Positions 1 through 10,464 are shown, counted from the first letter of the stretch. The stretch: 64,000 nt of DNA from an uncultured Verrucomicrobiae bacterium (GCA_963735805.1 CAVTMK010000003.1:192001-256000); one strand, 5' to 3'. The notes: generated by a model from the letters alone, not told the origin. Made by a program: numbers and translations.

Positions 1-134
1 GATTTTGGAAGTGTTGCTTAGGGGGAGAAAAGGGTGATCGTCCTCCTCGCTGTGCGAATGGACATCCCTCTGTTCTCAAACTTTCCGCTTTCTTCATTCT
101 GCGCGCCTTGTCATTCTGCGCCGTCGAATGACAA

Positions 135-875
135 GTGAAAAACTATCTCCAGCTTAATCTCAGTTTACTCTATTGGATTTTGATTGCGCCGTTTACCGGG
201 CAATTTTTCAAAATCGGCCCGATCTTCAGGCAAATGGTGGCCATCGGCGTACGCGCGACACCGATGGTCGCACTGACGGCGTTCAGCGTGGGTGTGACGC
301 TTGCCATGCAAGCCGCTCATTCTCTGGAAAGCCTCGGCGCCGAAATGTACATTCCCGATCTGGTGATGCTTACGCTCTTGCGCGAAATGGGACCGGTATT
401 GATCGCCGTGATCGTAATCGGCCGCAGCGGCTCAGCCGTCGCGGCCGAACTGGGAACAATGAAAGTGTCCGAGGAAATCGAAGCACTCGAAGTCATGGCA
501 ATCAACCCAATTCAATACCTGGTGGTACCGCGTTTTCTCGCGATGATGGTAATGCTGCCCACACTCACCATCTTTGGAAATTACATTGGCATCCTGGGAG
601 GCTGGGCCGTCTGCCGTTTCGCGCTCGACTTTAATACCGCCGGCTATGTACTGCGCGCATTGGAAAGCGCCGATACATGGGACTTGTATTCGGGGATGAT
701 CAAGAGCGTGGTTTTCGCATGGATTATTATCACGATCTCGTGTAACGCCGGATTAAATGTAGAAGGCGGCGCAGAAGGTGTTGGACAGGCGACAACCACT
801 GCAGTTGTGCAAGCATTGCTGGCGATGTTGATCATGAACGCCGTGTTAACCGGAATTTTCTTTTTTAGCGCATGA
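135..875 (+). CDS. mlaE: MlaE-family ABC transporter permease
   Basis: Hydrophobic 246 aa ORF with LREMGPVL, GRSGSAVAAELGTMKVSEEIEALEVM and GGAEGVGQATT motifs; first gene of a permease-ATPase-MCE operon. Confidence 0.93.
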   Translation: MKNYLQLNLSLLYWILIAPFTGQFFKIGPIFRQMVAIGVRATPMVALTAFSVGVTLAMQAAHSLESLGAEMYIPDLVMLTLLREMGPVLIAVIVIGRSGSAVAAELGTMKVSEEIEALEVMAINPIQYLVVPRFLAMMVMLPTLTIFGNYIGILGGWAVCRFALDFNTAGYVLRALESADTWDLYSGMIKSVVFAWIIITISCNAGLNVEGGAEGVGQATTTAVVQALLAMLIMNAVLTGIFFFSA

Positions 876-1726
876 ATGCTACCGGAGAAGCCATTATCGA
901 AGTGACCAACCTCGTCCGAAAATTCGGAGACCGTTCGGTGATCGATGACATTTCTTTTGATGTCCATCGGGGCGATACTCTCGTTATCATGGGAGGTAGT
1001 GGCTGCGGTAAAAGCACATTGCTTCGCCACTTGATCGGTTCCATGAGGCCGACTTCGGGTTCGGTGAAACTCTTTGGCGAAGAGATCACAAACATGAACG
1101 AGCGCGAGCTTGAACGGGTGCGGTTACGATTCGGGATGCTGTTCCAATCCGGCGCGCTACTCGCCTCGCAAACCGTAGGTGAAAATGTGGCGTTGCCGCT
1201 TCTGCAGCATACGGCCAAATCCGTCGACGAAATTGAGGAAATTGTGAAGCAAAAGCTTCAAATGGTCGGCCTGACAGGCTTTGAAGATCTTAAACCTGAC
1301 GAAATCAGCGGTGGAATGAAAAAGCGAGTCGGTCTTGCAAGGGCACTTGCGCTTGATCCGGAACTTCTTTTCAGTGACGAGCCGACTTCAGGGCTCGACC
1401 CAATCATGACTGCGGTGGTAGATGAACTCACCATGAAACTGACACATGGGAGCCATATGACCGCGGTGGTAGTGTCGCACGATATGACAAGCGCATTCCG
1501 CATCGCCACACGCATGATCATGCTGGGGCACGGCGGCATCGTCGCACAGGGCACGCCGGATGAGATTCGGAACAGCCCGAACCCGGAAGTGCAACAATTT
1601 ATCCACGGCGAGGCTGACGGCCCGGTTCCATTGAATCTTTCCCAGGAAGAACATGAGGACCATCAGAACGTTAAACCGCGACCCTTCGTGGCAGCACGTG
1701 ACAGATTTCATCGCAAAACAGCCTGA
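872..1726 (+). CDS. mlaF: MlaF-family ABC transporter ATP-binding protein
   Basis: Walker A GGSGCGKS, ISGGMKKRVGLARA signature, DEPTSGLDP; ATGA overlap with mlaE. Confidence 0.93.
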   Translation: MNATGEAIIEVTNLVRKFGDRSVIDDISFDVHRGDTLVIMGGSGCGKSTLLRHLIGSMRPTSGSVKLFGEEITNMNERELERVRLRFGMLFQSGALLASQTVGENVALPLLQHTAKSVDEIEEIVKQKLQMVGLTGFEDLKPDEISGGMKKRVGLARALALDPELLFSDEPTSGLDPIMTAVVDELTMKLTHGSHMTAVVVSHDMTSAFRIATRMIMLGHGGIVAQGTPDEIRNSPNPEVQQFIHGEADGPVPLNLSQEEHEDHQNVKPRPFVAARDRFHRKTA

Positions 1727-1754
1727 AACGCGTCATGAATAAATGGATTGAGCC

Positions 1755-2645
1755 GTGAGCCTGAAAAAAAGCAATCTACCTGATTATTTCGTCGCGGTGG
1801 CCGTCATCGCGTGCAGCATTGTTCTGCTGGGTGCACTGACTTTCGCGCTTTCAGGTTATCGCCTCAAAAAACCAACGCGCACCCTGCAAATCAATTATGA
1901 AGATGTGACCGGTATCAAGGTGAATTCCGAAGTTCGTTACGCTGGTGCGCCTGCGGGGCGCGTGATTGCGATGCGTCATCTCACTGCCAAAGAACGCGAC
2001 GCCAGCGGAAACAGAAAAGACGCTGTACGCGTAACGGTCAGCCTCGATGATGGAATTCCGCCGTTGCCCACCGATGTATCGGCGACGCTAAGTTCCGATA
2101 CAATGCTCTCGCCGAAATTTGTGGCGCTTTCCGCTGGCACGCCTGGAGGTCAAACTTTGGCCAACAACGCGGCGATCGAGGGTCATCCGGCGTACGGCCT
2201 GGAACAGATCACCGCGGCAGCCGGACCATTGTTTGAGAATGCAAACAAGCTCCTCGACAATCTCAATGTGACCGTGACAGGTTTGAAAAAAGATCTTGGC
2301 GATTTCACGCCGAAGCTCGGCCCACTCGCAGATTCGTTAAAAATGGACGTGGATAACCTACAGAACATGATCACCAACCTTGACGGCGTAGCCAAGGGTG
2401 CAGATACGGTGTTCGGCTCTGCGGATTCCTTCATCAAGACAACCGATAAACAGCTTTCGGAAGATTTGAGACAACTACATGTGACCCTCTTGAACCTGAA
2501 AGTGGTTACGACCTATGCGAAGGAGCTGGTCGGAACGCTCGCCTCGAAACCAAACCGCGTCATTTTCAGTGGGAAACCAACAACGCTCACGCCTGAATCG
2601 GAAATTCTAAAAAGCTCAAAGCCTGTGTCTGCAAGGAAACCGTAG
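1755..2645 (+). CDS. MlaD/MCE-family protein
   Basis: N-terminal TM helix, MCE-like segment (DVTGIKVNSEVRYAGAPAGRV), helical C-terminal region; follows mlaEF. Confidence 0.88.
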   Translation: MSLKKSNLPDYFVAVAVIACSIVLLGALTFALSGYRLKKPTRTLQINYEDVTGIKVNSEVRYAGAPAGRVIAMRHLTAKERDASGNRKDAVRVTVSLDDGIPPLPTDVSATLSSDTMLSPKFVALSAGTPGGQTLANNAAIEGHPAYGLEQITAAAGPLFENANKLLDNLNVTVTGLKKDLGDFTPKLGPLADSLKMDVDNLQNMITNLDGVAKGADTVFGSADSFIKTTDKQLSEDLRQLHVTLLNLKVVTTYAKELVGTLASKPNRVIFSGKPTTLTPESEILKSSKPVSARKP

Positions 2646-2895
2646 CTGTAGCCCTTCCCCAAATTACGTCATCAGCGTGGTGAACGAAGGCAAGACCGCC
2701 ACATCCTTTCACCATCAAGCAGCGTTTGTCTGAGCGAAACCCTTCATTTTCACCGGAGCGAAAGCACCCGTGGTTTTGGGCACGCTCGATCGCAATAGTG
2801 AGCGCGTTGTTTATTATCGAAGCAGAATTACGCTAGATCGCCCAATATCTGAGACCTTCGGCCTCCGGTTTCCGTGAAATCTTATAAGGGCCAGC

Positions 2896-3090
2896 ATGAA
2901 ACAGCGCGGCCGTCGCCGAATGCGTTCGCTCGAATACTGGCGTGCGTACTACACGCGGAAGCAGTGCGAATGCCGCGCTCGTGATTACCGGCAAGCGTAT
3001 GACACACGGAAAAAACGCGAACAGCGCGCAACGCCTTCAGGCTTGCGAAGGCGGAGAATACAAATAGTGACGCATGCCGCACGTTCGTGA
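2896..3090 (+). CDS. Small Arg-rich hypothetical protein (64 aa)
   Basis: ATG ORF in an otherwise empty intergenic gap, AAGGG upstream; no family recognised. Confidence 0.35.
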   Translation: MKQRGRRRMRSLEYWRAYYTRKQCECRARDYRQAYDTRKKREQRATPSGLRRRRIQIVTHAARS

Positions 3091-3182
3091 GAGATCCCGC
3101 CGAAGTAAAAATGGCGTGGGCTAGCTAACGTCGGTTACTGCAAAGTTTGGCACGCGAGAACCGTCACGGTCAGCGACCGCGG

Positions 3183-3908
3183 CTACAACTGTCCCTTAGG
3201 CGGCGACACTGTACGATAACGCCACATCAATTTTAAGAAACGAACAGCGTCGCGCATGGGATGAATCTTGCTGACCTGGTCGGAATAAACAGTCGAGATT
3301 GGGACTGATTCGATATGGTAACCGTTACGGCTGGCGGTAATAAGTACCTCAGTTTCGTACTCGAACCGGTTTCCGCCACTAAGTAACTCTGGAACCAATT
3401 GTCGATTTACCATCCGGAAACCGCACTGAGTGTCGGGAATCTCCTGTCGACAGAGGCGGCTGATCTGGCTGCTCATATAGCGATTTACAACTCGTCGGAT
3501 GAACGGCATCCCGGTGAGGTCGTTCATACGGTTGCCGATCAAAAACGTCGGTCGCGTCGCGCACGCTGCCGCTGTAAGGAAGCGGTCGATCTCCTCTGGA
3601 AGATGTTGCCCGTCGGAATCGAGAAGACTCACCCAGGTAACTTCTCGGGTCATCAAGTGACCGAGTCCCGTCTTGATTGCTTCGCCTTTGCCGCGGTTTT
3701 GATCATGAGTAATGACGTCTGCGCCGGCTTCGCGCGCGCGTTGCCCGGTCTGATCGCTCGACCCATCATCAACGACAAGGACGTAGTCGAGCCGCTCACG
3801 AGTCCGGCGAACGATATCGCCGATGTGTTTCTCATCTTGATACGCAGGAATGACGGCGGCAGTTTGCGAGCGAGTCTGAGCGAGCGGATCTCGCTCGTCC
3901 TGCGTCAT
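3183..3908 (-). CDS. Glycosyltransferase family 2 (polyprenol-phosphate sugar synthase-like)
   Basis: VIPAY, VVDDGSSD, NRGKG, LDSDGQH, DTQCGFR motifs; start reassigned to ATG 3908, which overlaps the lipA stop (ATGA). Confidence 0.9.
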   Translation of the reverse strand: MTQDERDPLAQTRSQTAAVIPAYQDEKHIGDIVRRTRERLDYVLVVDDGSSDQTGQRAREAGADVITHDQNRGKGEAIKTGLGHLMTREVTWVSLLDSDGQHLPEEIDRFLTAAACATRPTFLIGNRMNDLTGMPFIRRVVNRYMSSQISRLCRQEIPDTQCGFRMVNRQLVPELLSGGNRFEYETEVLITASRNGYHIESVPISTVYSDQVSKIHPMRDAVRFLKLMWRYRTVSPPKGQL

Positions 3909-4804
3909 CGGCGTACCACCGGATGAAAGTCGGCCGCGTGATAAGAACTGCGGACCAGCGGACCGGAGGCGACGTGGAGAAAGCCTTTTCTGCGCGCGAT
4001 GTCGCCGTAGTAATTGAATTGCTCTGGCGTGATGTATTCGACCACGGGCAAATGTTTCGGAGTCGGACGCAGATACTGGCCCATGGTGAGAATTTCGCAG
4101 CCCGCCTCGCGCAAATCGTCCATCGTTTGAAAAAGTTCCGTCTCCTTCTCGCCAAGACCAAGCATCACACCACTCTTGGTCACAATCCTGCAAGTGCCCA
4201 ACGACAATTCCTTTGCGCGCCGTAACGCTTGCAGCGAGGTGCGATATTTTGCGCGCGACCGCACTAACGGTGTAAGGCGTTCCACTGTTTCCAGGTTGTG
4301 ATTATAGATGTCCGGTCCAGCGCCCAGTACGATCTGGATGGACCAATCCTGTGCGTGAAAATCTGGAACGAGCACTTCGACAATCACCGAAGGATCCATC
4401 TCTCGAATCGCCGCGATCGTACGAGCGAAATGATCGGCGCCGCCGTCCTTAAGATCGTCGCGCGCAACTGCCGTGATCACGACATGTTTTAATTTCATCC
4501 GGCGCACTGCTTCGGCTACACGCTTTGGTTCGTCTTCTTCAAGCGCGAAAGGTTTTGCCGTTGTCACAGCGCAAAATCCACACGCGCGCGTGCAGCGGTC
4601 ACCGGCGATCATGAAAGTGGCTGTGCCCTGGCTCCAACATTCCCATCGGTTCGGACACTGCGCGCTTTCGCAAACCGTGTGCAAACGCAAATCCGAAATG
4701 AGCGCCTTCGTTGAAAAGAAGACCGGATTGGAGGGCAACCGTACTTTAATCCAGGACGGCTTGTGCGCCTGGTGCAAGGTGGGATCCATCTTTGCGCACG
4801 ACAT
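3905..4804 (-). CDS. lipA: Lipoyl synthase
   Basis: CESAQCPNRWEC (CX4CX5C), CTRACGFC radical SAM motif, C-terminal RSSY; start may be ATG 4789. Confidence 0.97.
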   Translation of the reverse strand: MSCAKMDPTLHQAHKPSWIKVRLPSNPVFFSTKALISDLRLHTVCESAQCPNRWECWSQGTATFMIAGDRCTRACGFCAVTTAKPFALEEDEPKRVAEAVRRMKLKHVVITAVARDDLKDGGADHFARTIAAIREMDPSVIVEVLVPDFHAQDWSIQIVLGAGPDIYNHNLETVERLTPLVRSRAKYRTSLQALRRAKELSLGTCRIVTKSGVMLGLGEKETELFQTMDDLREAGCEILTMGQYLRPTPKHLPVVEYITPEQFNYYGDIARRKGFLHVASGPLVRSSYHAADFHPVVRR

Positions 4805-4823
4805 ATCAACCGAATGCTAGCGC

Positions 4824-4871
4824 AACGTTGAAACGTTGAAAAGTTGAAGCGCGGAACCGGTTCGCTTCAAC
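4824..4871. repeat. Three tandem 8-mers running into a 9-bp hairpin
   Basis: AACGTTGA AACGTTGA AAAGTTGA (4824-4847); GTTGAAGCG (4843-4851) pairs with CGCTTCAAC (4863-4871); lies between recR and lipA. Confidence 0.6.
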
Positions 4872-4873
4872 GA

Positions 4874-5479
4874 TCACAACTTCGTCCTTCCAGAAAGCGC
4901 CGCTGCGAGGGTTAGTTCGTCTGCCGATTCCAAGCCGCCACCGGCCGGAATACCACGGGCAATCCGGGTAAGGTTGACCTGTTTGTCCTTCAAAAGATCG
5001 ACGATGTAATTTGTGGTGGATTCGCCTTCCACATCGGCCGGTAGGGCGAAAATGAGTTCGCAAATCTTTTCCTGATCGACGCGTTCCAGTAATTCTTTGA
5101 TGCGCAAATCTTCGGGACCGACATGATCGAGCGGAGAAATTTTCCCTCCAAGAGAATGGTAACGCCCGCGAAAGGCGTTCGTTTTTTCCAAGGGAAGGAT
5201 GTCCGTGGGTTGTTCTACAACGCAGAGCAGGTCGGTTGAGCGCGAGGGATCTGCGCATATCTCGCATACTTCGCTAGCAGCGAAAAAACCACACAGCTTG
5301 CACGACCGAATGGCGTGGCGCGTTTCCGCGATAGCCCGCGAGATTTGCTCCGGCTGATCGTCCCCTGCCCGTACCATCCACAGGGCAATCCGCTCTGCAG
5401 AGCGAGGACCGACTCCGGGCATTTGTCGTAGTTGGGCAATCAAATTCCGGATCGCGACCGGATACTCCGTCCTTCTCAA
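4874..5479 (-). CDS. recR: Recombination mediator RecR
   Basis: HhH MPGVGPRSAERIA, C4 zinc finger CKLC...CEIC, Toprim VVEQP, TRIARGIPAGG. Confidence 0.96.
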   Translation of the reverse strand: MRRTEYPVAIRNLIAQLRQMPGVGPRSAERIALWMVRAGDDQPEQISRAIAETRHAIRSCKLCGFFAASEVCEICADPSRSTDLLCVVEQPTDILPLEKTNAFRGRYHSLGGKISPLDHVGPEDLRIKELLERVDQEKICELIFALPADVEGESTTNYIVDLLKDKQVNLTRIARGIPAGGGLESADELTLAAALSGRTKL

Positions 5480-5486
5480 AGCGCGC

Positions 5487-6749
5487 TCAGCTTTCTTCCA
5501 CGGGCGATTCCGTCAACTGCAGAACGAGCGGCTCAAGTCGACGTAAATAGAATTGCAATGCAGGATCAACCTCTCCCTCGGGTCCCCTCGCCTTCTGAAA
5601 TTCAGAATAAGCTTCCGCCCAACGCTGTTCTCGATATAGAACCACACCGCTCCAGAAAGAATCTCTACGCGCTACATGCTCCGGCCCGGCTTCTGCGGCA
5701 AGCCATAGCGGCTCGTAGATTTCGATTCGATCATGCGAATTCATTCCGCTAACAAAATCGATCGGACGCGCGACAATGATCTCGCTCACCCGATCGAACG
5801 TAGCCGTATCGATCAGAACCTTCGATCCATAGCGATGATTCAGAGCACAAAATCTGCGCGCAAGCTCAATCGGTTCCCCGCTCGCAAGAAGCGCTGGATG
5901 CACGCCGTCATTCAGCGCGCCTGCAATTATCGCGCCCGAACTGATGCCGACTTGAATGTCCCAATCGGACAACGTTTCTTCGTTCTCCTCTCGCCGTTCG
6001 CGAAAATTCTTTGTCAGATCGAGCACGGCACGCACTGCGTCCTCGGCATGTTGGCTAACTGCATTCGGAAATCCAAAAATCGCGACGACGCCTTCCCCGT
6101 CGGCAGCCTGGAGGAATGCTCCTTTCTCGATTAGATCGTCGGCGGTCTCTCGAAGAAACTTGCCCATTGTCTCAGCGAAACCAGCGGGGTCAGAGTCATT
6201 CGTGAGTCCATGCCGGTTGGCAATGTCGCAGACCACAACGCTCGCTTCGTACGTTTTCGCCTGACCATCGAACGGCGTTGTCCCAGTGGTGACACAATGA
6301 AATTCCTTTTTCGAAAGGCGGTTGCCAAAAATTGTTCGCACCAAATGCGACCGATCCCTCCGCAAAAAAGCCATCCAGCCTTCCGCACCCGCCGCCGCCA
6401 AGACGACCCCAAAAATGCAGGGAACCGGCTGGAAAAAAACCCGGTAAAGAGAACAGACCGACGAAAGCACAAGAAGCTCAACCAAAAAAGAGCCGAACAA
6501 CAGATAGTTTCGCTTCCGTCCCGCAGGCGGGGGATTTCTCAGGCTCAGCCACACGACACCACCAGCTATGAGCAGGATAAGAACGTACTGCCATTTTTCT
6601 CCCACGACCCTCGTCGCTCCGGCATAATTGGAAACAAGGTGTCCCACACCAGACTCAAAACCCGCTACCGCCTTGGTTGCGTGCAAGACACCGACAATGA
6701 TCGCGACGACAACTGCAATTACGAGCGTTGTGATCAACGAGCGCTTCAT
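5487..6749 (-). CDS. Membrane protein with a degenerate class III adenylate/guanylate cyclase domain and TPR-like tail
   Basis: About four N-terminal TM segments; VVVCDI, DGEGVVAIFGFP, QVGISSG, GEPIELARR align by eye to cyclase motifs; C-terminal Y..QRWAEA..F. Confidence 0.8.
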   Translation of the reverse strand: MKRSLITTLVIAVVVAIIVGVLHATKAVAGFESGVGHLVSNYAGATRVVGEKWQYVLILLIAGGVVWLSLRNPPPAGRKRNYLLFGSFLVELLVLSSVCSLYRVFFQPVPCIFGVVLAAAGAEGWMAFLRRDRSHLVRTIFGNRLSKKEFHCVTTGTTPFDGQAKTYEASVVVCDIANRHGLTNDSDPAGFAETMGKFLRETADDLIEKGAFLQAADGEGVVAIFGFPNAVSQHAEDAVRAVLDLTKNFRERREENEETLSDWDIQVGISSGAIIAGALNDGVHPALLASGEPIELARRFCALNHRYGSKVLIDTATFDRVSEIIVARPIDFVSGMNSHDRIEIYEPLWLAAEAGPEHVARRDSFWSGVVLYREQRWAEAYSEFQKARGPEGEVDPALQFYLRRLEPLVLQLTESPVEES

Positions 6750-6755
6750 TAACGA

Positions 6756-8378
6756 TCAGGCTTTTTGCGCGGCTGCAGCCGGGTAATAGGACTGTATCAC
6801 CAGTTCACTCAGAAATTTGTCCGGTGCATTGACTGCTTCGACGTTGATGACAAAGCGTGTCTGGCCGGTGTTCTTTTTGATCAGATTTAATCCAAACTGG
6901 TAATCCTTGAATAAGTGGGCGCAAAGATCGCTCATTGTCATCCGTTCGCCTTGCGCGCGCTCGACAAGACGCCGCACCGCAGCGTCATCTAAAGCAATTT
7001 CCAACCCATGCTCACTGCTAAATTTCTCCGCAAACTGACGGGCACCCGCTTCAAGCATTTGCGCCTCAAGTTTGTGTCCCTCCGCCATCAACCGGTCGAG
7101 TACGCGCTGTGGCTCGCGCACGAGTGCGGCGGTAACGCGCAACTGGCTCAGCCCTGATCCAGCCAGGTAGTACTTGTAATCGCGAAACAATTTTTCGAAT
7201 ACCGTCAACAGTCCGCGTGCACCGGTTTTTTCCCCGGCAGCCGCCTCAGCCAGCAGACGCAGTGCTTCGTCCTCGAAACTGATTTCAATGCCGTAAGCGC
7301 GAAAGGCGCGCTCATATTGCCGGAGCAAACTGCCCTCGGAATATTTCATGATATTGAAAAGGTCGTCCGCATCCAGGTCTTCACAAACCACGCGCACCGG
7401 AAGCCGGCCGATGAATTCCGGTTCGAATCCATATTCGATAAAATCCTGCGTCGTAACGTGCCCGAACAGTTCGTTGTCCATCACCTGAATCGGTTCCGCG
7501 CTAAATCCGATCTGACCGTGCCGCACGCGTCGCGCCACCTGTTCTTTCAACTTCTCAAATGCGCCGCTGACCACGAAAAGAATGTGGCGAGTGTTGATCG
7601 TCTCTCTTTTTGCTTTGCCGCGCCGCTGAAATTCGAATGCCGCCTGCAATTGCGCCTGCAAGTCGTTCATGCTGCGCACCGGAACTTCTGTTTCCTCCAT
7701 TAACTTCAACAGGGTAGTCTGTACGCCACGTCCGCTCACGTCCCGCCCGATCAAATTGCCGGCCGCCGCGATCTTGTCGATCTCATCGATGTAAATGATC
7801 CCAAACTGCGCCAGGTTCACATCTCCGTCGGCCTTGTGCACCAGTTCGCGCACCAAATCTTCCACATCGCCGCCAACGTATCCGGTCTCGCTGAACTTCG
7901 TCGCGTCTGCCTTAACAAACGGCACTTTGATCAGATCGGCGATGTGTTTGATGAGATAAGTTTTACCGACTCCGGTCGGTCCGACCAGAATCACGTTTTG
8001 CTTGATATATTCAATCTCCTGCGCACGCGTGGCATCTTGCTTCTCAAGACGGCGTAGGTAATTGGCATGGTTGTAATGATCGCAAACTGCGATCGCCAGC
8101 ACCTTCTTCGCTTCATCTTGTTTGATCACGAAGCGGTCAAGGTGAGCCTTAATGTCCCGCGGCAGAAGATTGAATTCGAATTCTTCGTGATCGGTCTTCT
8201 CCGGCTTTTCTTCCTCCTCTGCAGGGGCTGCCTCGGGTTCGGCAAACGTCGCCACAGAGACTCGGTCGCCGAAGTTCTGTTTCATGAACTCCGTGATCTT
8301 GGTCTTCAATTCTTCCGGCGAAGGAAATTGCGGTGGTGGATTTTGCTCCATATCGCGATCACGAAAAGGTCGCGTCAA
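6756..8378 (-). CDS. ClpX-like AAA+ ATPase (no N-terminal zinc finger, extended C-terminus)
   Basis: [44 protein letters not shown] loop, [15 protein letters not shown]. Confidence 0.9.
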   Translation of the reverse strand: MTRPFRDRDMEQNPPPQFPSPEELKTKITEFMKQNFGDRVSVATFAEPEAAPAEEEEKPEKTDHEEFEFNLLPRDIKAHLDRFVIKQDEAKKVLAIAVCDHYNHANYLRRLEKQDATRAQEIEYIKQNVILVGPTGVGKTYLIKHIADLIKVPFVKADATKFSETGYVGGDVEDLVRELVHKADGDVNLAQFGIIYIDEIDKIAAAGNLIGRDVSGRGVQTTLLKLMEETEVPVRSMNDLQAQLQAAFEFQRRGKAKRETINTRHILFVVSGAFEKLKEQVARRVRHGQIGFSAEPIQVMDNELFGHVTTQDFIEYGFEPEFIGRLPVRVVCEDLDADDLFNIMKYSEGSLLRQYERAFRAYGIEISFEDEALRLLAEAAAGEKTGARGLLTVFEKLFRDYKYYLAGSGLSQLRVTAALVREPQRVLDRLMAEGHKLEAQMLEAGARQFAEKFSSEHGLEIALDDAAVRRLVERAQGERMTMSDLCAHLFKDYQFGLNLIKKNTGQTRFVINVEAVNAPDKFLSELVIQSYYPAAAAQKA

Positions 8379-8549
8379 AAACTAATTATAGCAATGATTC
8401 GTCTAAAATCTGACCCTCGGGGCCGGGATTCGTTCATCGGCAATTTGTCCCGCTATTCAAGATCCTACTCTTATTCTTATTCCTGGTGGTGCCTGCCCTT
8501 CTGATTGCTGCGGGAGTAGAACATGGTACGAACAGGATCAAGACGGACG

Positions 8550-10238
8550 CTAGCGCGCCCGCGCAATCCCGGGAAATAGCTGTGCAATTTGCTCTTTGTA
8601 TTCAGGCTTGGCTGTCGCCGCAGCCTCAGCTAATTCCCTCGCCGCTTCCGTTTGCCCGGTTTCACTGGCAAAGACAGCGCAACGCCAGCGCCGATCTGCA
8701 GTGTCAGGCGCTCCCGGATGGATGAAGGATTTTGATACAGCCAGCAATTCTTGCGGCGAAAGCTGCTGCCATTTCACTCCTGCGATGCCGTATGGAAGCT
8801 TCATATTGAGACTTTCATCCGTCGCGCCTGCTATGCCCAGGTATTTCGTGTCGTTGTCGTCCGTGAGCGCGCCCGAGTAATGGATCTGATTGAGATCGTC
8901 TATCAGCGTCTTCTTCCAATCGAACAAGAGTTGCGCTCTCTTTTCTGCGACCTCCTTTGCCGGCTGAAAGTATGTGCCGATCAGTTTCACATCTCTGATT
9001 GTCTCCGCCGCTTGGTCAAAGTGATAAAACGCGATTTCCTCTTTATAGGTGGCAAGCGCTCGATTCCACGGGCCGCGCTCCTTAAAGGAAGTTGCCAGCG
9101 CCGAAACGTCCGCCCAGGAACGTGAAATACCTCGTTCGCGGATGAAGGAAACTGCAGCGGCAAGCAGCACAACCGGTAGAACAATCCGAACCGACCATCG
9201 AAACGATTGGCGCACAACTTCCCGCACGCGTTCAACCCAGCGCCAGGAAAACCGAGGCAGCGTCCAACGCGAACGGCGCAACTGCGACACTGCGCCCCTG
9301 TCACTTGGGCTCTCCAAGTTGCGCCGCGCCGACTCCAATTCGGTCACCAGATCGTCGTAGGAAGAAAAACGCCGCCCAGGATCAGGCGCGATCATTCGTC
9401 GCAGAGCGTGCGCCGTACAGGGAGAAACATCCGGCGCCACGAGCTCCAAATCGAGCGGTCGTTCTTTCAATTCGTGCAATGCAGCAGCAGAATTTGTGGA
9501 GGCTTCAATCGGCGGCCTGCCGGCGATGGCATGAAACAGCGTGGCGCCCAAACTGTAGATGTCGCCGCGAAAATCCTCCGGCTGATTACTCAATCTTTCT
9601 GGTGCCACATAATGTGGCGTTCCCCAGACCGCGCTGTCGGTTTCTGAACGGTGCGTTGCCACGCTGGCAAGGCCGAAGTCGCCGATTTTTGCTGCTTGTT
9701 CGTCGCTAAATAGAATATTTGCCGGCTTCACGTCGCGATGGATCAGTCCCCGTCGTAGCGCGGCGCGCAACCCTCTCGCAACCTGGATACCAATTTCGAG
9801 CACTTGCTTTTCCGGCAACCGCGGTTGCACCGCCATCAAATCGTCAAGGCTTCCACGATCGACCAGTTCCATCACGATATAAAACTGGCCATGATCTGTT
9901 CCGGAATCGAATACTTGAATCACGTGAGGATGATTCACCGAGGCCGCAATGCGCGCCTCTCGCTGCAATCGAGCGTCATAATCCTCTTCTCCGCCGAGAT
10001 CTCTTCGCAATAGCTTCAACGCCACAAACCGATCCAGTTGCGTGTCGCGCGCTTTGTAAACAGTACCCATTCCTCCAACGCCAAGTGTTTCCACTACGAG
10101 AAAGTGATCAAAAGTTCGTTGGACACGGACTTTCTTGCCGCAGTTCGGACACGGGATGCGCGCTAACGGCTCCGCTGCGGCGGTATCGACAGCTGTTCCG
10201 CAAGCGGGACATGTTTGGGCGGTGGGCTCACTCGCCAT
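8550..10238 (-). CDS. Ser/Thr protein kinase with N-terminal zinc ribbon and one TM helix
   Basis: CPAC...CPNC, GVGGMGTVY, VALK, HRDVKPAN, DFG, GTPHYVAPE; start reassigned to ATG 10238 (TACAAT 9 nt upstream). Confidence 0.92.
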   Translation of the reverse strand: MASEPTAQTCPACGTAVDTAAAEPLARIPCPNCGKKVRVQRTFDHFLVVETLGVGGMGTVYKARDTQLDRFVALKLLRRDLGGEEDYDARLQREARIAASVNHPHVIQVFDSGTDHGQFYIVMELVDRGSLDDLMAVQPRLPEKQVLEIGIQVARGLRAALRRGLIHRDVKPANILFSDEQAAKIGDFGLASVATHRSETDSAVWGTPHYVAPERLSNQPEDFRGDIYSLGATLFHAIAGRPPIEASTNSAAALHELKERPLDLELVAPDVSPCTAHALRRMIAPDPGRRFSSYDDLVTELESARRNLESPSDRGAVSQLRRSRWTLPRFSWRWVERVREVVRQSFRWSVRIVLPVVLLAAAVSFIRERGISRSWADVSALATSFKERGPWNRALATYKEEIAFYHFDQAAETIRDVKLIGTYFQPAKEVAEKRAQLLFDWKKTLIDDLNQIHYSGALTDDNDTKYLGIAGATDESLNMKLPYGIAGVKWQQLSPQELLAVSKSFIHPGAPDTADRRWRCAVFASETGQTEAARELAEAAATAKPEYKEQIAQLFPGIARAR

Positions 10239-10464
10239 TGGGCAGCAATTGTAACATTCAGCCCGAACAGAGCAAAATGTGGCACTGGCAGCCCATCCGC
10301 CAGCTCGCGTGTGCCTCGAGCTTGAGCCAGTTACACGCGAAAAGTTTCTCAGTGTCTTTCGAAAAAAGTCTTTCCATACTGTTGTGCTCCTGAGTAAAAA
10401 GGGCTCCCCGCCTACCGAAACCTGCAATTGAGAAGAATTCTGATTTGAAGCGGGAGAACGTAAA

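Noticed and set aside
3909..4193. N-terminal extension of the GT2 ORF
   Set aside because: Overlaps lipA in another frame; ATGA coupling supports the start at 3908
8452..8482. Short TATTCT-like tandem repeat upstream of the ClpX-like gene
   Set aside because: Only a few degenerate units; no evidence of function
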